A stretch of 7,731 nucleotides of DNA from a virus (taxonomy: Duplodnaviria > Heunggongvirae > Uroviricota > Caudoviricetes). Where the stretch lies: the IMG/VR virus record IMGVR_UViG_2541047498_000021, one strand, 5' to 3'. The notes under the pieces were generated by a model, which worked only from the letters and a program-made list of their open reading frames with translations, made no database searches and was not told where the DNA came from. Positions 1 through 6,060 of the stretch are shown here, piece by piece (positions within the stretch are counted from its first letter, which is position 1; each line of letters opens with the position of its first letter). The position numbers and the translations under genes are program-made.

Positions 1-185
1 TCGTTAATTGCCGTTTTTGTCAGCTTTTTAGAGGTCAGCAACTGGTTGAACATATTTCCCGTCTTACCGCCGCCAATATACGACCAGCGCCCCCACATAC
101 GTAGTTTCCCCTGAATCCAGACACTTTCCAGCGTGGTGAGACGAAGGTGCTCTCCGCTTTTTCCTGTGTTCGTTGGGTAAATCAT
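1..185 (-). CDS. Antitermination protein Q-like (quuD/PF06530 type), N-terminal part only; the gene runs off the left edge of the window
   Basis: Minus-strand ATG at 185-183 overlaps the TGA stop of the upstream gene (ATGA). Reading down to position 1 gives MIYPTNTGKSGEHLRLTTLESVWIQGKLRMWGRWSYIGGGKTGNMFNQLLTSKKLTKTAIN with no stop. The L-x-(R/M)-W-G-x-W ... F-x-x-L-(I/L)-T-S-K pattern matches my recollection of E. coli prophage Q-like antiterminators, and the position after a ybcO-like gene fits lambdoid gene order. Not in the supplied ORF track because it is truncated. Confidence 0.5.
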   Translation of the reverse strand, partial: MIYPTNTGKSGEHLRLTTLESVWIQGKLRMWGRWSYIGGGKTGNMFNQLLTSKKLTKTAIN

Positions 186-472
186 AAATAACCGTCCTTT
201 CTCCAGATCTCTTGTGTGCGAAAAACACCTTCTGCATGCATCAGGCGCAATTCTTCTTTGGTGTAATCGCTGGTTTTTACTCTCCCGTCGATTAAATCGT
301 GGCATGAGTTACAGGCAATCGCTGCCTGCATATCGTGTGGCTTTATCGCTGTTCCGCACGTTCCCGCCAGCCTGTAATGCGCCAGCACAGAGGTTTCGGG
401 ATTGTGATTGCAGTAGCCAGGGATTCTGATCTGGCATATCTGGCCTTTAGCCGCTTTACGTAAATTCACCAT
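182..472 (-). CDS. YbcO-like DUF1364 protein (Cys-rich, putative metal-binding nuclease-like protein of the lambdoid nin region)
   Basis: 96-aa ORF. Contains spaced cysteines (CQIRIPGYC ... TCGT ... CNSCHD) and the PETSVLAH segment that I recognise from the YbcO/DUF1364 family of E. coli prophages. Sits directly upstream of the Q-like gene as in DLP12-type prophages. Confidence 0.65.
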   Translation of the reverse strand: MVNLRKAAKGQICQIRIPGYCNHNPETSVLAHYRLAGTCGTAIKPHDMQAAIACNSCHDLIDGRVKTSDYTKEELRLMHAEGVFRTQEIWRKDGYL

Positions 473-1071
473 TACGCAAACTCCAGTAGTTGTGCGGCCA
501 CATTTTCAACTTCCTCCTGAGAGGAGAATTTACGGAACAGAATCCAGTTCCACAGCACATTCAGTACAGATTTATAAACCTGCTGAAACTCGACTTCGTC
601 CATATTCGCAAAAGCGATGGATTTTGCCCGACGCCCACGGCTACCGTCCGGATAAATATGCTCGGTGTAAAATCCGGCCTGAATGGTTACCCACTCGCGG
701 AAAGCCTCAAACGACTTTAGCAACGCCGTATCCCGGGTTCTACGAGTCGCAACGGTGTTAAGGTATTGCTCTGCGGCATCACTCAGGGCTGGCGTGTGTT
801 CCCGACCAACTGATTCGCACAGGTAATCAACGAAACCAGACAGCAGTTCTCGTTCGCGAGGCGTGATCGCCCCACCGACCGGAGTCCAGTAATCGAATCC
901 CAGTTGCAGGAGTTTGAAAAAACGCTTGTGGAATGCGTAGTTACGCACACGCTTAAAATCTGCGTGTATCCACTCACCTATTTTGATTTGATGCAGAAAA
1001 TCGCAACTCTCCGGCGTCGCCGGGAGAAGTAAACCAGAAGAAGTTTGTTTGACCAGTTGTATATGCGCCAT
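472..1071 (-). CDS. Conserved lambdoid-prophage protein, DUF1367-like, function unknown
   Basis: 199-aa ORF in GC-normal phage-like DNA, immediately upstream of the YbcO-like gene, with a GAGAG-like Shine-Dalgarno sequence before the ATG at 1071. The family assignment is from memory of nin-region proteins and is not verified. Confidence 0.6.
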   Translation of the reverse strand: MAHIQLVKQTSSGLLLPATPESCDFLHQIKIGEWIHADFKRVRNYAFHKRFFKLLQLGFDYWTPVGGAITPRERELLSGFVDYLCESVGREHTPALSDAAEQYLNTVATRRTRDTALLKSFEAFREWVTIQAGFYTEHIYPDGSRGRRAKSIAFANMDEVEFQQVYKSVLNVLWNWILFRKFSSQEEVENVAAQLLEFA

Positions 1072-1148
1072 TTCTCAATCTCTCGATGGCGCAGTGCAGC
1101 AGATGCCAGTTGTTCAAGCTAGCACGCAAATTGTAAACCAGAATGCCA

Positions 1149-1175
1149 GGAAAAAACAAAACCCGCCGAAGCTGG
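1149..1175 (-). terminator. Possible intrinsic terminator on the minus strand (short GC stem with UUCG loop followed by a U-tract)
   Basis: The minus-strand RNA would read CCAGC-UUCG-GCGGG followed by UUUUGUUUUUU (plus-strand 1162-1175 then the A-run 1149-1161). The stem is short and has one mismatch, so this is weak evidence. Confidence 0.3.
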
Positions 1176-1490
1176 TTGTGTGCGGTTGCGTTGAAGTCTC
1201 CTAGCCAAAGAGTAGCGGTGACCACTCCCCGCCGATAATCTTAGTTGTTTAATTTCGTAAGCTAACTAGGCTAAAAGCTCTCTGTTGTCTGCCTGTTGTA
1301 CAATTAACAAAATGAACAACGAACTAGATATACCAACGCCAGAATGGTGCAACAAATCCCAAACAACACAGCAATGCAACAATAACATATGTTATTTTCC
1401 TCTCACGGGATTCAGTCCTGAATTCTCATAAAGCTAATCTTTTTTTAAAAACATACTGTTAGATCACATGCACTTTCTTTCTTAACATCG

Positions 1491-1518
1491 TTGACTTCGC
1501 ATGCGAAGCGTTTAAAAT
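1491..1518 (+). promoter_or_regulatory. Sigma70-type promoter for the GHKL-ATPase operon
   Basis: TTGACT at 1491-1496, a 16-bp spacer, then TAAAAT at 1513-1518. This is about 50 bp upstream of the ATG at 1571, which has a GAGAG Shine-Dalgarno-like sequence 6-7 nt before it. Confidence 0.5.
1494..1507. promoter_or_regulatory. Perfect 14-bp palindrome CTTCGCATGCGAAG inside the promoter spacer; candidate operator
   Basis: The sequence equals its own reverse complement and lies between the -35 and -10 elements of the operon promoter, where a bound dimeric protein would occlude RNA polymerase. Confidence 0.35.
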
Positions 1519-1570
1519 CAACAATTTGCACTTAAGGTATTTATTTTCCCAAACACATAGAGAGTAAATT

Positions 1571-2962
1571 ATGACTGAGAACACGACTCCAACAGCAGAC
1601 TTTAGTCCTAGTAAAAGATTTTTTGTAAGTATGCTAACTCGAGATATCGACTTAAACGATGCCATACTTGATCTGCTTGATAACTGCGTCGATGGGGCTT
1701 TACGTACAATAAAAGACACAAAAAAAACTTCAAAACCATATGAAGGATTTTATGCGAAACTTACGATTAATAAAGATGTCTTTATTATAGAAGACAATTG
1801 CGGAGGTATCCCTAAAAGCTTCCGAGAATATGCTTTTAAAATGGGACGACCCCATCAAAAAGAAGAAGAAAATGAAGGCACCGTTGGCGTCTATGGTATT
1901 GGTATGAAAAGAGCCATTTTTAAAATGGGTAGAGATTGCTCAATACAATCGAATAATCCCGATGGCGCATTCACTGTAGATATAACACCTGATTGGATCG
2001 ATGGTGATGGTTGGAAAATACCGATGCACGAGAGTGACTATGATAACAAAAATCCAACAGGCACAACTATAGAGATAAAAAAACTCCATTCTAATGTGGC
2101 ACAAAAATTTAATGAGAGCACATATCTTACTGATCTCTTTTTACAGATAAAACACTCATTGTCATTTATTATTCAAAAAGGATTTAAAATAGAATTAAAT
2201 GGAGTTGTTGTTGAACATAATCCGATTAACATCATAACTGATCATTCTAAAATAGAACCATACATATATAAAGCTAAAATAGACGATGTTGATATCGATT
2301 TAGTTGTTGGCTTCTATAAAAATTTAGAAGATGACAATGATGATGTTTTAGAAAAAAGGAGTTCTGATGATGCTGGATGGACTGTCATTTGCAATGACCG
2401 CGTTGTTCTATATTGTGATAAGACACATCTCACAGGTTGGGGCTTTGCTAATGTACCAAGGTTTCATACCCAATTTATAGCAATTTCTGGGGTTGTTCGC
2501 TTTACCAGTAAAAACCCAGAAAAATTACCAATAACAACAACGAAACGAGGTGTCGATCTTAGTTCTACATTGTACAATGATGTACGAAATAAAATGATTG
2601 AAGGGATGATGCATTTTATTCGATTCACCAATCAGTGGAAAGGTGAGCATCTTGAAGAAGGGAAAAAATTACTTAAGTCAGCTCAGTCACATGAAGCTCA
2701 ATCTTTATTTGAAATTACCCCACAATCAACTCCAGAAGATAAAAAAAATAACTGGTCCAACCCTAATAGAAACAAAAATGAGTGGCGATATACACCTAAG
2801 CTGCCTACCCCAGTAAAAAAAAGCTCTACTGTACGAATAATCTTCACCAGAGAGAAAGAAGATGTTAAAATTTTATCTAAATATTTCTTTGGACATGAAG
2901 ATGCTAGCGCTTCTGATGTGGGGATGCAATGCTTTGATACGGTGATTGAAGAGGTGAAGTGA
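1571..2962 (+). CDS. GHKL-superfamily ATPase (Bergerat fold; MORC/paraMORC-like, HATPase_c_3-type) with a C-terminal extension of about 290 aa
   Basis: 463-aa ORF. N-box LDLLDNCVDGA (residues ~33-43), G1 box IIEDNCGGIP (~73-81) and G2 box GVYGIGMKRA (~106-115) are in the canonical order and spacing. The G-x-Y-G-x-G-x-K form of the G2 box is what I associate with MORC-like ATPases. Confidence 0.8.
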   Translation: MTENTTPTADFSPSKRFFVSMLTRDIDLNDAILDLLDNCVDGALRTIKDTKKTSKPYEGFYAKLTINKDVFIIEDNCGGIPKSFREYAFKMGRPHQKEEENEGTVGVYGIGMKRAIFKMGRDCSIQSNNPDGAFTVDITPDWIDGDGWKIPMHESDYDNKNPTGTTIEIKKLHSNVAQKFNESTYLTDLFLQIKHSLSFIIQKGFKIELNGVVVEHNPINIITDHSKIEPYIYKAKIDDVDIDLVVGFYKNLEDDNDDVLEKRSSDDAGWTVICNDRVVLYCDKTHLTGWGFANVPRFHTQFIAISGVVRFTSKNPEKLPITTTKRGVDLSSTLYNDVRNKMIEGMMHFIRFTNQWKGEHLEEGKKLLKSAQSHEAQSLFEITPQSTPEDKKNNWSNPNRNKNEWRYTPKLPTPVKKSSTVRIIFTREKEDVKILSKYFFGHEDASASDVGMQCFDTVIEEVK

Positions 2963-3951
2963 TGTCTGGACAATACATTCCCTATCACTTAAGGCATAAT
3001 AAGTCTATTGATAGAGAGATTTTTCTCGAAAGCCTAAACCTCTTAAGCAAAAGACTAAATATTCAAGAATATACATATATAGGTTTTGGTGGTCCGATGC
3101 TTGAAGATTTTAGAATCATGCATAATCGTATCGCTCTTTCTGATATGATTTCTCTCGAAGAACAAGAGTCTACTCACATCAGACAAAAATATAATTTGCC
3201 TTATAATTGTATTGATTGTAAGCTAATATCAGCTCATGACTTTATTCTTGATTATAGTTTTTCTAAACCATCAATAACATGGTTAGACTATGCCTCCCCG
3301 AAAAAAATACAAACGGATCTAGATGATATACACTTACTAAGTACTAAAGTAAGCTCTTTTGATATTTTGAAGGTCACCTTCCCCATAAATCCTAGTTCTT
3401 ATTACCAACGTAGAGTTGGAGAAAGTTTAGATATTTTTAAAGAAGCTTTTATTAATTCATTAAAATCATTGCTTGGGAAAAAGTATCTTGATTTTAATCT
3501 TCAGATATCAAATGCAGATCTTTCAGATCGTAAGATTAAAGCTCTTTTAATACGAATTATTACAAACGCTTTTAGATCAGCAATAGAACGTGGTCTTTCA
3601 GGACGTAAGGATAAGATTCAGTATTACCCATTATCCTTAAATCAATATAATGATGGCAGTCATACCATGTTGACAATATCAGGTTTTTTCTCCTCAGAAC
3701 AAGAATATATAGAGTTATCTAAGGCATGCGACCTTTCTAACTGGCAATTTTATTCAACAAATTGGGAAGACGTGCAAGAAATAGCAATACCAACACTAAC
3801 AATTAAAGAAAAGATAAATTTAGATAGTAAACTGCCTGATAAAGAAGCATATCAGGCAGCCGCTGAAGAGTTCTCTTTAAACGAAAATGAACGGGATAAC
3901 TATTATAAATACTATAGGTTATACCCTAACTTCCAAAGAATTATGGTTTAA
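2959..3951 (+). CDS. Protein of unknown function, translationally coupled to the GHKL ATPase; candidate effector (possible degenerate PD-(D/E)xK-like core, unverified)
   Basis: 330-aa ORF. The track start is GTG at 2959, but the likely real start is ATG at 2962, which overlaps the upstream TGA (TGATG). I recognise no family. The N-terminal region has an E-rich helix, then YTYIGFGGP, then IALSD, then CIDCK, which is compatible with, but does not prove, a PD-(D/E)xK nuclease core. Confidence 0.75.
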   Translation: MMSGQYIPYHLRHNKSIDREIFLESLNLLSKRLNIQEYTYIGFGGPMLEDFRIMHNRIALSDMISLEEQESTHIRQKYNLPYNCIDCKLISAHDFILDYSFSKPSITWLDYASPKKIQTDLDDIHLLSTKVSSFDILKVTFPINPSSYYQRRVGESLDIFKEAFINSLKSLLGKKYLDFNLQISNADLSDRKIKALLIRIITNAFRSAIERGLSGRKDKIQYYPLSLNQYNDGSHTMLTISGFFSSEQEYIELSKACDLSNWQFYSTNWEDVQEIAIPTLTIKEKINLDSKLPDKEAYQAAAEEFSLNENERDNYYKYYRLYPNFQRIMV

Positions 3952-5070
3952 ATATTCGGGCTGTACTCTTTTATTTAATAAATTGTACAGCCCCTTTAAT
4001 ATATATTCAGCAACTATTGGTGACACGCTATTTCCTATTTGTCTGAAACTATGCCATTTAGTTACATGAAAGCGAAACCAATCAGGGAAGCCTTGTAATC
4101 TAGCAGCTTCTCTTGGTGTAATCACTCTTGGATGATAAGGGTGGATCGGCCTGACGGCTTGAAAGCTTCCTTTATCTCTAGCGGTTCCCGCCCTTAAAGT
4201 CGGGCAAAAACCATTTGGATCTAATCTTGTAGATCTTGAAATTTTATCAGTTTCCCCAAAAGATAAGGAAGCATAACGCTCTTGGACGATTTTGCTATGT
4301 AATGTTCCGGTACATCCAGATATGATATTATTTTTTAACTTAGCGATCGATTCTGTATCACCAACATTCCGAGGGATCTGCCCCCATAATTTTTCATAAA
4401 ATCCCCCTTTTCGATCTTTTTTAATTGTTCGCCAACTCTCAGAGTCTGATTGCCAATTGGCATCGATAATATCTGGTAATCCATACAAAGCATCTTTTAC
4501 AGTAACCGGATCAATCATTTTAGGCATAAATACTTCATCTGAAATATCAAGCTTCAATGATTTTTTTACACCGATAAAAAAATATCTAGTTCGAATAGTT
4601 GGAGCACCATAATCAGATGCTTTTACCTTGATGGGATCAAGAATATCATAATCACCGCTAACCAAATTAAATGCTTTATTTCTAATGCCAGAATATTTCT
4701 CTTGCATAATACCTGGAACATTTTCTGCCAAAAAGAATAATGGCTGTAATTCTGATACTAAACGGTAGAAATGCATGTAAAGCTGATTCCTGCTATCATC
4801 AGGATTCCCCTTGCCTATTGAACTAAATCCTTGGCACGGAGGACCGCCAATAATACCATCTATGGGCATATCGTTTTTAAAAAAACCCTTAATTATTTCT
4901 GCATTTAGTAAAGAAACATCTTCTTGGACGTGCAAACTTCTTGGAAAATTAATTGCGTGAGTATTAATAGCATGTTGATCAATTTCAACTGCCATTTTAA
5001 CATCAAATCCAGCACGTGCAGCACCAAGACTTAGACCTCCAACGCCAGAAAACAAATCTATTACATTCAT
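3919..5070 (-). CDS. DNA (cytosine-5)-methyltransferase
   Basis: 383-aa ORF with the canonical C5-methyltransferase motifs in order: motif I DLFSGVGG, motif IV GGPPCQGFS (catalytic Cys), motif VI ENV (FFLAENVPG), motif VIII-like TIRTRYFF, a variable region of ~130 aa (target-recognition domain), then RLQGFPDWF and motif X GNSVSP. Confidence 0.9.
   Translation of the reverse strand: MNVIDLFSGVGGLSLGAARAGFDVKMAVEIDQHAINTHAINFPRSLHVQEDVSLLNAEIIKGFFKNDMPIDGIIGGPPCQGFSSIGKGNPDDSRNQLYMHFYRLVSELQPLFFLAENVPGIMQEKYSGIRNKAFNLVSGDYDILDPIKVKASDYGAPTIRTRYFFIGVKKSLKLDISDEVFMPKMIDPVTVKDALYGLPDIIDANWQSDSESWRTIKKDRKGGFYEKLWGQIPRNVGDTESIAKLKNNIISGCTGTLHSKIVQERYASLSFGETDKISRSTRLDPNGFCPTLRAGTARDKGSFQAVRPIHPYHPRVITPREAARLQGFPDWFRFHVTKWHSFRQIGNSVSPIVAEYILKGLYNLLNKRVQPEYLNHNSLEVRV
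3958..4005 (+). terminator. Probable intrinsic terminator of the plus-strand operon, embedded in the 3' coding end of the convergent methyltransferase gene
   Basis: 9-bp stem GGGCTGTAC (3958-3966) pairs with GTACAGCCC (3985-3993); the loop is AT-rich with internal pairing potential; the stem is followed by CTTTAATATATATT. It begins 7 nt after the TAA at 3949-3951. Confidence 0.4.
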
Positions 5071-5095
5071 ATAGTTGCAACGTCTCTTATTAGTT

Positions 5096-5132
5096 TCTAT
5101 GTATTATAACACAACTGTTCTTGATGTTTTAA
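5096..5132 (-). promoter_or_regulatory. Candidate extended -10 promoter for the methyltransferase gene
   Basis: The minus strand reads TTAAAA (plus 5127-5132), an 18-bp spacer, then TGT-TATAAT (hexamer at plus 5103-5108 with a TG two bases upstream). This is about 26-30 nt upstream of the ATG at 5070. Confidence 0.45.
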
Positions 5133-5332
5133 CCCCATAAGATAACCTCATAAAGGCTATCCCTTGAAAATACCGGATCGCATAAATTTAATCTTTCAAA
5201 ACTACTTGTCTATTAATCGAGCAATTTAAGGTTGTTTTAGTCATGTCGATACCGACATAGTTAACTAAACCCATTTCATCGTCCAACAAATGGGGGTAAT
5301 ACACTTTGATTTATAGTCGGGTGGGTTTTTCT

Positions 5333-5368
5333 CTATCTGCCTTTGGTGTTCATGCCCAAGGCAGATAG
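5333..5368. repeat. Near-perfect inverted repeat (about 13-bp arms, 9-nt loop) at the cassette/phage junction
   Basis: CTATCTGCCTTTGG (5333-5346) is the reverse complement of CCAAGGCAGATAG (5356-5368) apart from a one-base bulge. No U-tract follows on either strand, so it is not a canonical intrinsic terminator. Confidence 0.5.
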
Positions 5369-5501
5369 CCTCAAGCACCCGCAGCAATTCTACTTAACTA
5401 TCCTTTTCCCGCAAACCGTTTTTATCCCCAGCGGCAAATCGAATACACCACCAGCGCCACCGCCATCGCAATTCCTACCGTTGTGAATGCTTCAGGCCAG
5501 G

Positions 5502-6059
5502 TCATTGATTCACCTCCTGCGGCGGTTCTGGTAGCGACATCCAGTGGGTTGCTTGCCTAAGATCATTACCCGGACTAACTGCTATACCTCCGCGCCGGAA
5601 CGTGCCTCCGAGATAGCGTGCGGAATATATTAATGGCCCAGCCTCGCTATCGATATTCATCGAAATAAGCACGTTCTGGCTCTTTTCAGGCATTCGCTCA
5701 GTACAGCTTATCCAGCCATCCAGAGTTATCGGAGATCTGGTTGACGTTTCCGAGATTTCCCGAAAATTGTTGGTTGACGAATTCTTATTTTCCCGAAAGT
5801 TTCCGGCCTGAAGCATGGCGACGCGGCAGGCGTTCCAGCCATCAGCATATGTTTTAGTTACACCGTCGAGATGGCAGGTAAGCAAATCCATTTCATCAGG
5901 CACTACCATTGCTATCGGCTCTGCTTCCAGTGATGCCAGCGCGATACGAAACACATTAGCCAGCAGGCTGTCTGAAGACTTGTTATCGTGCGCCGAGTCG
6001 CTCAGGAAGCCTGTGATGTATGATTTAATCTCCGCGCGTTCTCTGGTAATAGTGCTCAT
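5502..6059 (-). CDS. Phage protein with a C-terminal DUF551 domain
   Basis: 185-aa ORF. The C-terminal segment GWISCTERMPE ... ATHWMSLPEPP matches the W-I-x-x-x-E-x-x-P ... THWMPLPEPP signature I recall for DUF551 in enterobacterial prophages. GC-normal and tightly packed with its neighbour. Confidence 0.75.
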   Translation of the reverse strand: MSTITRERAEIKSYITGFLSDSAHDNKSSDSLLANVFRIALASLEAEPIAMVVPDEMDLLTCHLDGVTKTYADGWNACRVAMLQAGNFRENKNSSTNNFREISETSTRSPITLDGWISCTERMPEKSQNVLISMNIDSEAGPLIYSARYLGGTFRRGGIAVSPGNDLRQATHWMSLPEPPQEVNQ

Positions 6060-6060
6060 A

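Larger units (their letters stand above)
1241..5300. other. AT-rich accessory cassette (moron-like insertion) within prophage DNA, carrying a GHKL ATPase, an unknown 330-aa protein and a C5 DNA methyltransferase
   Basis: By eye there is a sharp composition shift: the flanks (1-1240 and 5300-7731) are roughly half GC, whereas 1241-5300 is strongly AT-rich with A/T-rich codon usage in all three genes. Boundaries are approximate, and I see no mobility gene or flanking direct repeat. Confidence 0.6.

Noticed and set aside
214-429. 71-aa plus-strand ORF
   Set aside because: Lies entirely antisense within the YbcO-like gene, has an Arg/Leu/Ser-rich low-complexity translation and no ribosome-binding site; it is a shadow ORF.
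490-1225. ORFs 490-720(+), 492-761(+), 783-977(-) and 974-1225(-)
   Set aside because: All overlap the 199-aa DUF1367-like gene in other frames or on the other strand and have low-complexity translations. ORF 974-1225 additionally spans the terminator-like element and the intergenic region.
1312-1431. 39-codon plus-strand ORF (MNNELDIPTPEWCNK...)
   Set aside because: No ribosome-binding site and it lies in the low-complexity A/C-rich tract; likely non-coding.
1459-1719. 86-aa minus-strand ORF across the ATPase promoter and start
   Set aside because: Overlaps the promoter and the first ~50 codons of the well-supported GHKL ATPase gene; an AT-rich chance frame.
2698-2988. 96-aa minus-strand ORF
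   Set aside because: Antisense within the 3' end of the ATPase gene and the start of the partner gene; no independent support.
3887-4069. 60-aa plus-strand ORF
   Set aside because: Lies mostly inside the methyltransferase coding region (antisense) and contains the terminator hairpin; more likely untranslated 3' sequence.
1241-5300. Cassette as a transposon, insertion sequence or integrative element
   Set aside because: No transposase, integrase or recombinase gene, no terminal inverted repeats matching at both ends and no obvious target-site duplication. The mode of acquisition cannot be inferred from this window.
5270-5368. Junction hairpins as intrinsic terminators
   Set aside because: Neither hairpin is followed by a U-tract on either strand (T-runs precede rather than follow the stems), so I did not call them terminators.
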